Position numbers and translations under genes: made by a program. Below the pieces are notes generated by a model. The model ran no database searches. It worked only from the letters and a program-made list of their open reading frames with translations, and was not told the DNA's origin. Source: Candidatus Falkowbacteria bacterium RIFOXYD12_FULL_34_57 (lineage in GTDB: Bacteria > Patescibacteriota > Patescibacteriia > Patescibacteriales > UBA12075). Taken from it: 64,000 bases of DNA. Location of the stretch: NCBI GenBank assembly GCA_001780285.1, contig MFGN01000005.1:74200-138199 (forward strand), read 5' to 3'. Shown here in pieces: positions 44,590 through 52,774 of the stretch. How positions within the stretch are numbered: position 1 is the stretch's first letter; each line of letters begins with the position of its first letter.

Positions 44590-44605
44590 ACACAACATGT
44601 AGTGG
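44590..44605. promoter_or_regulatory. NrdR box 2
   Basis: ACACAACATGTAGTGG, centre-to-centre 32 bp from box 1 (about three helical turns, as usual for tandem NrdR boxes). Confidence 0.7.
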
Positions 44606-44741
44606 AAGGGGGAAAATTTAAAATACCTAAGAAAACCAACAGAAATAACCAATGGTTTGTAAACTTTTAGGTGTTTTTTTGTCCCCAAAAAACAGTTTTT
44701 GATTAAAAAATTAATTAATTTTTAGTAATTTTAGGCTTATT

Positions 44742-45212
44742 ATGAAATGTCCAGTTTGTTATTATCAAGATACTAAGGTTATTGATTCTAGAGTAGCCAG
44801 CGACGGATTATCTATTAGGCGCCGAAGAGAATGCTTGAAATGCGGGTTTAGATTTTCTACTTATGAATCAATAGAAATACTTGATTTGACAGTAGTGAAA
44901 AGAGACGGTAGTAAAGAACTTTATAATCGAGATAAATTGATTCGCGGCTTGAAAAGATCTTTGGAAAAAAGACCGATTACCGAAGATAAATTTAAAAAAT
45001 TAATTGGTTCTATCGAGCGCGACTTGCAGGTACTAAGAAAAGCAGAAGTAACCAGCAGTAGAGTGGGGCAGATTATCATGAAGCATCTTCGAAAAATAGA
45101 TCAAATCGCCTATATCCGTTTCGCTAGTGTATATCAAGCTTTTGACAATATAGAGACTTTTAGGAAAGAATTAGATAAACTAGTTTCTAAAAAAAAGAGA
45201 AATAATAAATAA
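44742..45212 (+). CDS. nrdR: Transcriptional repressor NrdR (Zn-ribbon plus ATP-cone)
   Basis: MKCPVCYYQDTKVIDSRVASDGLSIRRRRECLKCGFRFSTYE plus ATP-cone. Confidence 0.95.
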   Translation: MKCPVCYYQDTKVIDSRVASDGLSIRRRRECLKCGFRFSTYESIEILDLTVVKRDGSKELYNRDKLIRGLKRSLEKRPITEDKFKKLIGSIERDLQVLRKAEVTSSRVGQIIMKHLRKIDQIAYIRFASVYQAFDNIETFRKELDKLVSKKKRNNK

Positions 45213-45330
45213 GATTTTTGGGATGTTTAAGATGTTTGAGATCTTTAGGATTAAGTTAAAATATTTGTATTTAATTTTTAAATATCCCAAACATCTTGAT
45301 GATCTTAATTATCCTATTAAATAAATTCCC

Positions 45331-47526
45331 ATGTCGAAAATAAAACAAATTAAAAAAAGAAATCGAGAAATAGTCGATTTTGATCAGGAAAAAATCGTAA
45401 ATGCTATTCTGAAGTCGCTTAACGCCGTAGAGCGTTTGGATTCTAATGAAAAACGCGCCAGAAAATATAGCAACGAGGTAGTGTCTATTCTTAATAAGAA
45501 ATTTCACAGAGAAACTATTCCATCCGTAGAAGAAATTCAGGACATAGTGGAAGAAGTGCTTATTTCTAATAGAGAAATAAAAACAGCCAAAGCATTTATT
45601 CTTTTTCGTGATCAAAAAGCCCGAATTAGGGAATTGGATTCCCGCATAGATTCTAATGATATTATGGAGAGCTACTTAAAACGCTCAGATTGGCGCGTCA
45701 AAGAGAATTCTAACATGAGTTATAGTTTACAGGGTTTGAATAATCATTTAGCATCAGTTATTTCTTCTAATTATTGGCTTTCTAAGGTTTATTCTGCTAA
45801 TATTAGGGAAGCTAGGCAAAATGGGGAAATTCATATTCATGATTTACAATTACTCGCACCGTATTGCGCCGGTTGGGATTTGAAAGATTTATTAATACGT
45901 GGATTTAAAGGCGTTTCTGGCAAGATAGAGTCTAAGCCGCCCAAGCATTTTAGGACTGCCCTCGGACAAATTATCAACTTTTTTTACACTATTCAGGGAG
46001 AAGTGGCCGGAGCTCAGGCATTTTCCAGCTTTGATACTTATTTAGCACCATTTATTCGTTATGATGATTTAAATTATAGAGAAATAAAACAAGGTATTCA
46101 GGAATTTTTGTTTAATATCAATGTGCCGACCAGGGTTGGTTTTCAGACACCTTTTACCAACATCACCATGGATATTACTCCATCTAAATTGATTGGAGAA
46201 GAATATGTGATTATTGGAGGAGAGCTGCAAAAAGAAAAATATAAGGATTTTCAGAAAGAAATGGATATGCTGAATTTGGCTTTTGCTGAAGCAATGATGG
46301 ATGGAGATGCTAAGGGGCGGGTTTTTACTTTTCCGATTCCGACATATAATATTACTAAAAATTTTGCATGGGATTCTCCGGTAGCTGAAAAAGTTTTTGA
46401 TATGACTGCTAAATATGGTATTCCTTATTTTTCTAATTATATTAATTCTGATATGGATCCGGATGATGCTCGTTCTATGTGTTGCCGTTTGCGTCTTGAT
46501 AATCGTGAGCTTCGGAAAAGAGGCGGGGGGTTATTTGGCGCAAATCCCTTAACCGGTTCAATCGGCGTAGTTACCGTGAACTTGCCCCGAGTTGGGTATT
46601 TATCGAAAACACGGGAAGATTTTTTCAAAAGACTGGATAATACTATGCAGATTTCCAAAGAAAGCCTGGAAATGAAGAGAAAGGTTTTGGAGGATTTGAC
46701 CGAGAGAGGGCTTTATCCTTATGCGCGTTATTATTTATCCGATATAAAGGAAAGGTTTGGTACTTATTGGCAGAATCATTTCGCTACTATCGGTATAGTG
46801 GGAATGAATGAAGCTTTGCTCAATTTTAAACTCATTGGCAAAGATATTACCACTCCGGAAGGGAAAGCGTTTGCGATAGAAGTTTTGGACTATATGCGGG
46901 AAAGAATGATGGATTTTCAAAATGATACTAATAATTTATACAATTTAGAAGCAACTCCGGCTGAAGGGACATCCAGAAGGCTGGCGCAAATTGATAAAAA
47001 TAAATATCCGGATATTATTGTGGCCAATGAGGTGGATGTGCGGGAAAAGGGCGCTACCCCCTATTATACTAACTCCTCCCAGCTTCCGGTCGGTTTTACC
47101 GATGATTTGTTCGAGGCGCTTGATTTGCAGGATGATGTACAAACCAGATATACCGGCGGTACGGTTCTGCATGGATTTTTAGGAGAGGCTATGCCTAACT
47201 CTGAATCTGTAAAAAAATTAGTGAAAAATATTGCCACTAATTATACTTTGCCGTATTTTACTATTACGCCAACATTCTCAATTTGTCCCAAACACGGATA
47301 TATTTCCGGAGAACATCATTTTTGTCCAAAGTGCGACGCAGAGATGGGATATAATGAAAAGAATAGTAAAACTAGAGTAGAGGTAAAATTTGAAGAAGAT
47401 GAAGAAGGGGTTATAAATAACGAAAGTCAAGCTATGAATATTGAAACTGCATCTAATGAAAACATTGATTCTCTGACCAAACCAGCCTTTGATATAGAAA
47501 GGAATTTGATACAGGCAATAGCTTAG
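45331..47526 (+). CDS. nrdD: Anaerobic ribonucleoside-triphosphate reductase large piece (ATP-cone, core, Zn site) lacking the glycyl-radical motif
   Basis: ATP-cone N-terminus, NrdD core (SMCCRLRLDNRELRKRGGGLFGANPLTGSIGVVTVNLPR, LYNLEATPAEG, YYTNSSQLPV), Zn site ICPKHG...FCPKCD. The last ~60 aa are acidic and non-homologous, with no RVxGY. Confidence 0.88.
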   Translation: MSKIKQIKKRNREIVDFDQEKIVNAILKSLNAVERLDSNEKRARKYSNEVVSILNKKFHRETIPSVEEIQDIVEEVLISNREIKTAKAFILFRDQKARIRELDSRIDSNDIMESYLKRSDWRVKENSNMSYSLQGLNNHLASVISSNYWLSKVYSANIREARQNGEIHIHDLQLLAPYCAGWDLKDLLIRGFKGVSGKIESKPPKHFRTALGQIINFFYTIQGEVAGAQAFSSFDTYLAPFIRYDDLNYREIKQGIQEFLFNINVPTRVGFQTPFTNITMDITPSKLIGEEYVIIGGELQKEKYKDFQKEMDMLNLAFAEAMMDGDAKGRVFTFPIPTYNITKNFAWDSPVAEKVFDMTAKYGIPYFSNYINSDMDPDDARSMCCRLRLDNRELRKRGGGLFGANPLTGSIGVVTVNLPRVGYLSKTREDFFKRLDNTMQISKESLEMKRKVLEDLTERGLYPYARYYLSDIKERFGTYWQNHFATIGIVGMNEALLNFKLIGKDITTPEGKAFAIEVLDYMRERMMDFQNDTNNLYNLEATPAEGTSRRLAQIDKNKYPDIIVANEVDVREKGATPYYTNSSQLPVGFTDDLFEALDLQDDVQTRYTGGTVLHGFLGEAMPNSESVKKLVKNIATNYTLPYFTITPTFSICPKHGYISGEHHFCPKCDAEMGYNEKNSKTRVEVKFEEDEEGVINNESQAMNIETASNENIDSLTKPAFDIERNLIQAIA

Positions 47527-47692
47527 TAAAAATTACAAACAACAAATTTAAAATTAGAACCAATTAATCCTCTATGGGGGAGGGGTTTATATATTAATTT
47601 AATAAAAAAACAGAGTGTAAAAATATTGTCGCCGCAGGCGACTCCTAAAGTTTTTAACTTTTAGTTTTGCATTTTAAGTTTTATAAAATATT

Positions 47693-47836
47693 ATGACACC
47701 AACAAAAACAAAAAGACAAGCTTGCGAGGTTTATAGCCGCGTATCCGGATATTTGCGTCCGGTAAGCCAATGGAACGACGGCAAACAGGCAGAATATGCG
47801 AATCGTAAGACTTTTAATGTTTGTGATTGTAAATAA
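47693..47836 (+). CDS. 47-aa ORF encoding the NrdD C-terminal glycyl-radical motif (not in the ORF track)
   Basis: MTPTKTKRQACEVYSRVSGYLRPVSQWNDGKQAEYANRKTFNVCDCK. EVYSRVxGYxRPVxxWNxGKxxE is the class III RNR glycyl-radical segment. Different frame from nrdD, with an in-frame TAA 6 nt upstream of the ATG. Confidence 0.6.
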   Translation: MTPTKTKRQACEVYSRVSGYLRPVSQWNDGKQAEYANRKTFNVCDCK

Positions 47837-47909
47837 AACATGTAATAGATAGCGGGTAACAAGTAACATTTTATCTTGTTGCTTGTTACTTATTATTTGT
47901 TACCTGTTT

Positions 47910-48653
47910 ATGGTAATCGGCGGTTTGCAAAAATTCAGCACCTTGGATTATCCCGGAAGTTTGTCGGCAATTGTTTTTACGCAAGGGTGTAATTTCCGTT
48001 GCCCGTTTTGTTATAACCCTATGCTTGTCTGCCCGAAAACGGGTAGTGATAAAATAGATTCCACTTTGCAAATATGCGAAGAGGGCAAAAAAGTTCATTC
48101 CCAAATAATTGAGGATGACTTTTTTGTTTTTTTAAAAACGCGTCAAGGAAAATTGGATGGAATAGTAGTGACTGGAGGAGAACCAACGATACATTGTGAT
48201 TTGCCCGAATTTATCAAAAAAATCAAGAATATGGGCTTTAAAGTAAAAATTGATACCAATGGTACTAATCCGGACATTTTGAGTAAATTAATCAAAAATA
48301 AAATGATTGATTATGTGGCCATGGATATAAAATCTTCATCAAAAAAATACGAAGAGGCAATTGGTGCCAGATTTGATTTGAGAAAAGTGTTAAAAAGTGT
48401 TAAAATAATAAAAGATAGCCGAATTCAGCATGAATTTCGCACTACTGTTATTCCTGGATTAGTAGAAAAGCACGACATAGAGGAAATAGGGGGGGTGGTA
48501 GAAGGGGCTAATCAGTGGTTCTTGCAGAGTTTTAAATCTGACACAGATTTACTTGATAATAATTTCAAAGAAGTAATTCCGTATTCTACTAAAATTTTAG
48601 AAGAAATGCGGGAAATTGGCGAGAAATTTGTTGAAAAATGTAGTACGCGTTAA
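47910..48653 (+). CDS. nrdG: Anaerobic RNR activating protein (radical SAM)
   Basis: GGLQKFSTLDYPGSLSAIVFTQGCNFRCPFCYNP (CxxxCxxC) and VTGGEPT. ATG at 47910 preferred to the TTG at 47883. Confidence 0.9.
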   Translation: MVIGGLQKFSTLDYPGSLSAIVFTQGCNFRCPFCYNPMLVCPKTGSDKIDSTLQICEEGKKVHSQIIEDDFFVFLKTRQGKLDGIVVTGGEPTIHCDLPEFIKKIKNMGFKVKIDTNGTNPDILSKLIKNKMIDYVAMDIKSSSKKYEEAIGARFDLRKVLKSVKIIKDSRIQHEFRTTVIPGLVEKHDIEEIGGVVEGANQWFLQSFKSDTDLLDNNFKEVIPYSTKILEEMREIGEKFVEKCSTR

Positions 48654-48655
48654 TT

Positions 48656-48958
48656 ATGACGGAGTTTGAATTTAAAGTATTAGAAACTATAAAAAAAATA
48701 CCCAAAGGAAGAGTAACAACATACGGGGAGGTGGCGAAAGCAATTAGGTCGCCGAAATCTGCCAGGGCGGTAGGAAATGCCTTGCATAAAAACCCCTGGG
48801 CCCCCAAAGTCCCGTGTCATCGGATTGTAAATAGCAATGGAACACTTGGCGGGTATGCCGGAGGCGTAGCCAAGAAAATAAATATTTTAAGAAAAGAGGG
48901 TGTGGATGTAAGAAGGGGGAGAGTTATAAATTTTAAAAACATTTTATATAAATTTTAA
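48656..48958 (+). CDS. MGMT-family protein (methylated-DNA--protein-cysteine methyltransferase DNA-binding/active-site domain only)
   Basis: 100 aa; IPKGRVTTYGEVA and VPCHRIVNSNGTLGGYAGG (PCHR active-site Cys). Starts 2 nt after the nrdG stop. Confidence 0.8.
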   Translation: MTEFEFKVLETIKKIPKGRVTTYGEVAKAIRSPKSARAVGNALHKNPWAPKVPCHRIVNSNGTLGGYAGGVAKKINILRKEGVDVRRGRVINFKNILYKF

Positions 48959-48978
48959 ATAATTTTCGTGTTGTATGT

Positions 48979-49377
48979 ATGAATAATAATTTATCACAAA
49001 CCACCACCCCCGTGAAGTCTGGAGATAAAACGACTGATGCGCGGATGCATGAGAATATGCGGGAGATGTTGGAGCAGAATATTGCTATATCTGAAGAGAT
49101 TAAAAAGAATACCAAATATATAAAAAGATATATTATTTTTTCGCAGATTTTCAGTGTAATTAAAATTTTAATAATTTTGGTTCCGATAACCTGGATAGTG
49201 CTTTATGCACCGCGCGTTATAAATGATATTAAAAAAGATCCTAACATACTTTTTAATAATTCTATTTTTAGCGGCTTGGTAAACAGCATCACGGGAGCGG
49301 TATCGAGCGAAGTAAATAAGAATATCCCGATTAATACAAAGAATATTCCGCCGGAAGTCCAGAAATATTTAAAATAA
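48979..49377 (+). CDS. Hypothetical membrane protein
   Basis: 132 aa, one central TM (IIFSQIFSVIKILIILVPITWIVLY); no family recognised. Confidence 0.4.
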   Translation: MNNNLSQTTTPVKSGDKTTDARMHENMREMLEQNIAISEEIKKNTKYIKRYIIFSQIFSVIKILIILVPITWIVLYAPRVINDIKKDPNILFNNSIFSGLVNSITGAVSSEVNKNIPINTKNIPPEVQKYLK

Positions 49378-49395
49378 GTAAATTTTTACAAAATT

Positions 49396-49430
49396 TAAAA
49401 AACCCCTCAATTTGCACGAAGGGTTTTTTG
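49396..49430. terminator. Probable bidirectional terminator
   Basis: AAAAAACCC-ctcaatttgcacgaa-GGGTTTTTT. The stem is short (5-6 bp). Confidence 0.5.
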
Positions 49431-49442
49431 ATTTATACTAGA

Positions 49443-49925
49443 TTACTTTGCCTTGTTCATCAAATATTCTTTTTTGAAAATTTTTTTTAGAACAAACAAG
49501 ATTGCAATCCAAAATAACCATACCAATGTTAGAATGTTTATTATATTAATCAGTGAAAATTGGGATAAGATTATTTGGACTAAAAAATTAGTCGCAATAA
49601 TTATAGCGGATATCAACCAAGCGGTTTTTGCGGTAATTTGCGTAAAGTGTTTTTTCCAGAATGCTTTTATTTTTTCTAGGATTTCTTTATGTTCCTGATT
49701 AGTTGCGGACCTGTTATTTTTTTTAAGCATTTGATAAGTGTTCAAAGCGTGATAAAATAGCCATCCAAAGGCAGAAACGATAATCATGGTCGATGTATCT
49801 TGTGCTACAAGAGACCATACCCCTAAATGCAGTATAGCAACCATAATGGATAATTTTTTCTGTTCAGGCGTAAAGGTTTTTACAAAATTGAACATTTCTC
49901 CAATAAAACTTTTCCCTCTTTCCAT
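49443..49925 (-). CDS. Hypothetical multi-pass membrane protein
   Basis: 160 aa with 3-4 hydrophobic helices; no family recognised. Confidence 0.4.
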   Translation of the reverse strand: MERGKSFIGEMFNFVKTFTPEQKKLSIMVAILHLGVWSLVAQDTSTMIIVSAFGWLFYHALNTYQMLKKNNRSATNQEHKEILEKIKAFWKKHFTQITAKTAWLISAIIIATNFLVQIILSQFSLINIINILTLVWLFWIAILFVLKKIFKKEYLMNKAK

Positions 49926-49944
49926 TTTTACCTCCGTTTATTGT

Positions 49945-51150
49945 TTATAATGTAAATTCACCATCTATGTAAATTACTTTTTTTATTCCGTTTTTTAAAT
50001 AGGCGCTTACTCTTTTTCTTTCTGTATTTACCAGGTCCCAGTGAATAGCAGAGTCGTTGAAGCCTATTTTTTTCATGAGATTTTTGGTCAAGGATTCTTT
50101 CCCGGTATAAAGGTCGGTAAAGGATGATCCCGGGGCGATGTGGCAATTTCCGTATTCGCCGCCGGTATTTTCGTCATAAAGCGTATTGGCCATAAAATGG
50201 GAAATGCGGGAATGGCGCCTGTCAGTCAGGGAAAATTCACCAAGCATGGCAGCTCCTTTATCGGCAGAGAATATTTCTCTGATGAAATTTTCTTCTTTTT
50301 CAGCTGAAACATCGATTATTTTACCTTTTTTAAATTCCAGGCGCATTCCTTCTGTTAGTTTTCCGCCATGGAATGATTTCATGTTGGCATAATAAATACC
50401 GTGGGTTTTCCGGCAGTCCGGAGAGGTAAAAATTTCAAAACTGGGTATGTTGCAGCCGCGGCCGCTGGCCCATCTTCTCTGTTCGCCGGGATAAACAAAA
50501 AGATCGATATTATCAGATTCAATATGCAGTTTTTCAATATCCATGGATTGGAGCCATTTGATTATTTCTCCAGACTGTCTTTTGGTTTCTTCCCATCTGG
50601 CAATCGGGTCAGGCATATCAAGATAGCAGGCTTTGATAACTTCATTTGTATAATCCTTTAAGGATAATCCTGCCATATCAGCCAGAGCTTTTGTGGGCAG
50701 CGTGGCCAGTGTCCAGCAGTAACTTCCTTTTTGTGCCAGTTTTTTTCGAATATCTTTTAGAGGTTTTTTTGATTTAGCGCCGAAGGCAATTTTGTGCGGA
50801 TCTACATTCTTGAGATGGTCAAGGGATGCGGGAGCACAAAGATTGATAGAGCCTTTAATATTTTTTGTTTGCATTTTTGCCCATGGAGGCATAAAGGTAA
50901 GCTGTTCTTCCGAGGCCAGTTCATAAAACCAAAGCTGCATTATGGGAGTAGAAAGCATATTGTAGATAGGATGAAATCCCATTTTAATTAATTTTGTAAA
51001 TATTATTTCTGCTAGCGATAGTGCTTTGGCATCGAAATTAATTTGAATAATATCGCCCTTTTTAAATTCTCCATTGACTTCTTTAAGCGATTCACCAAGT
51101 CCCCAAATCATTACTTCTGCGTATTTTTTCAAAATTTCATTAGTAAACAT
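49945..51150 (-). CDS. Aminopeptidase, M29 (AmpS/PepS/aminopeptidase T) family
   Basis: GCNIPSFEIFTSPD, GEYGNCHIAPGSSF and IHWDLV motifs. Confidence 0.85.
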   Translation of the reverse strand: MFTNEILKKYAEVMIWGLGESLKEVNGEFKKGDIIQINFDAKALSLAEIIFTKLIKMGFHPIYNMLSTPIMQLWFYELASEEQLTFMPPWAKMQTKNIKGSINLCAPASLDHLKNVDPHKIAFGAKSKKPLKDIRKKLAQKGSYCWTLATLPTKALADMAGLSLKDYTNEVIKACYLDMPDPIARWEETKRQSGEIIKWLQSMDIEKLHIESDNIDLFVYPGEQRRWASGRGCNIPSFEIFTSPDCRKTHGIYYANMKSFHGGKLTEGMRLEFKKGKIIDVSAEKEENFIREIFSADKGAAMLGEFSLTDRRHSRISHFMANTLYDENTGGEYGNCHIAPGSSFTDLYTGKESLTKNLMKKIGFNDSAIHWDLVNTERKRVSAYLKNGIKKVIYIDGEFTL

Positions 51151-51319
51151 TTTGAAACTCCTTTACTGCTTGTTTGATTTAATATTTAGTTGTTATAGTG
51201 CAAAATATTGTTGTAACTTAGCATTTTTAAGTATTTTTGTCAATAGATTTTTTTGGTTTTATTGGGTATAATGGGAGTAGTTAAATTGTTTTGGTAAAAG
51301 ATTTATAAAAGTTAAAAGT

Positions 51320-52414
51320 ATGGAGAATTTACTTAAAAAAATCGAAGACCTTAGAGAAAAATTCCTGGAAACATGGAAGCTTTTGGATATTGATAGAAAA
51401 AAATTAAAGATCGAAGGCCGAAGATTGCAAATTAACGATCCTGATTTTTGGAATAACCGCGAAAAAGCCGTGGAAATTACCAGAGAAATCGACGAAAGAG
51501 AGAAAGAGATCAATGAATGGGATGGATTGAGATCAGAAATCAGGTCTTTGGAAGAGTTGGTGGCGATGGCCCAGGAGGAAAATGATGATTCATTGGCACA
51601 GGAAGTGGATAAAAAATACGAGGAATTGAAGAATAAATATGAAAAATTAGAATTTTTGGTTTTGTTTTCGGAAAAATACGATGAGAGCAACGCGATTATT
51701 TCCGTGCATGCCGGAACCGGAGGAGTGGACGCCCAGGACTGGGCCGAGATACTAGAGCGGATGTTTTTGCGTTTTGCGGAAAAAATGAATTGGAAAGCAG
51801 AAGCACTGGATAGGACTGCGGGCAGTGAAGCCGGAATAAAAAATACAATGATCCATATTAAAGGTAGATGGGCTTATGGCTACTTAAAAAGCGAATCAGG
51901 AGTACACCGCTTGGTACGAATATCGCCTTTTGATGCAGAAGCGATGCGCCACACCTCTTTTGCGCTGGTAGAGGTGATTCCGGAGTTGCCGGAGACGGTC
52001 GAAATCGAAATCAGCGATTCTGACCTTAAGGTGGATGTTTACAGATCTTCCGGACCAGGAGGTCAAAGCGTCAATACTACGGATTCGGCCGTGAGAATGA
52101 CCCATCTTCCAAGTGGAATCACAGTATCCTGCCAGAATGAAAGATCACAGCATCAAAATCGCGAGACAGCGCTAAAAATATTAAAATCTAAATTACATAA
52201 ATTGCAGATTGAGGAAAAAGAAAAAGAAGAATTAAAATTAAAAGGCGAGGCGCAAAAAGCCGAATGGGGCAAGCAGATTCGTTCATATGTGATGCAACCC
52301 TACAAAATGGTCAAGGATCATCGCACTAATCATGAAACACAAGATATAGACGGAGTATTGAACGGAAACTTAGAATCTTTTATGGAGGAATATTTGAGAT
52401 GGATAAGAAAATAA
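51320..52414 (+). CDS. prfB: Peptide chain release factor 2 (single uninterrupted ORF, no +1 frameshift site)
   Basis: SPF tripeptide (VRISPFDA) and GGQ (SGPGGQSVNTTDSAVRMTHLPSGI). Confidence 0.95.
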   Translation: MENLLKKIEDLREKFLETWKLLDIDRKKLKIEGRRLQINDPDFWNNREKAVEITREIDEREKEINEWDGLRSEIRSLEELVAMAQEENDDSLAQEVDKKYEELKNKYEKLEFLVLFSEKYDESNAIISVHAGTGGVDAQDWAEILERMFLRFAEKMNWKAEALDRTAGSEAGIKNTMIHIKGRWAYGYLKSESGVHRLVRISPFDAEAMRHTSFALVEVIPELPETVEIEISDSDLKVDVYRSSGPGGQSVNTTDSAVRMTHLPSGITVSCQNERSQHQNRETALKILKSKLHKLQIEEKEKEELKLKGEAQKAEWGKQIRSYVMQPYKMVKDHRTNHETQDIDGVLNGNLESFMEEYLRWIRK

Positions 52415-52529
52415 ATTTCTAGTAAAAAGTTGAAAGTCAAAAGTTCATAAAGCTTTTTGTTTTGACACTTAATCTTAAAAGTTGTAGAATATTATTGCAA
52501 TAATTAATGCCGTAAAATATAGGGGGGGA

Positions 52530-52706
52530 ATGGTTAAAAATAAAAAACAAAAATTTAATCTGATAATTATAGCAGAAGTTGAATCGCTGGTGATTCGCAA
52601 GGACAAAGCAATAATTGACAGCCCGGAAATGGGATGGAAAGAGCTGCTGCAGGCAGTAGAAAGAGGGGATATAAAAATTAAAATCAAAAAAGTAAATTAC
52701 AAATAA
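52530..52706 (+). CDS. Possible 58-aa protein (below the ORF-track cutoff)
   Basis: MVKNKKQKFNLIIIAEVESLVIRKDKAIIDSPEMGWKELLQAVERGDIKIKIKKVNYK. A G-run precedes the ATG (spacing is short) and a terminator follows at 52716-52743. The overlapping - strand ORFs have junk-like F/Y/N-rich composition. Confidence 0.35.
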   Translation: MVKNKKQKFNLIIIAEVESLVIRKDKAIIDSPEMGWKELLQAVERGDIKIKIKKVNYK

Positions 52707-52715
52707 AATAAACCT

Positions 52716-52743
52716 AAAAAAGGACCAAAAAGTCCTTTTTTTC
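52716..52743 (+). terminator. Intrinsic terminator
   Basis: AAAAAGGAC-caaaaa-GTCCTTTTTTT. Confidence 0.7.
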
Positions 52744-52774
52744 ATAAAAGGTGAATTACGAAGAAGTTAAATAG

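Noticed and set aside
44363-44741. Chromosomal replication origin, considered because of the long AT-rich spacer with DnaA-box-like sites.
   Set aside because: There are only two box-like 9-mers and no dnaA/dnaN/gyrB neighbourhood. The spacer is otherwise accounted for by a terminator plus the nrdR promoter and NrdR boxes.
47385-47725. Tried to define group I intron splice sites (5' exon ending in U, intron ending in G) joining nrdD to the 47-aa ORF.
   Set aside because: Several in-frame U/G combinations are possible (for example ...AAA ACU|GUU UAU or ...AAA U|UU UAU). I could not recognise P3-P8 core pairings by eye, so it stays a hypothesis within the split-nrdD finding, not a feature.
51320-51420. 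Looked for the programmed +1 frameshift site (CUU UGA C) typical of prfB.
   Set aside because: RF2 is encoded as one uninterrupted 364-aa ORF with an N-terminus that aligns in style to RF2. Absence of the frameshift is common and not anomalous.
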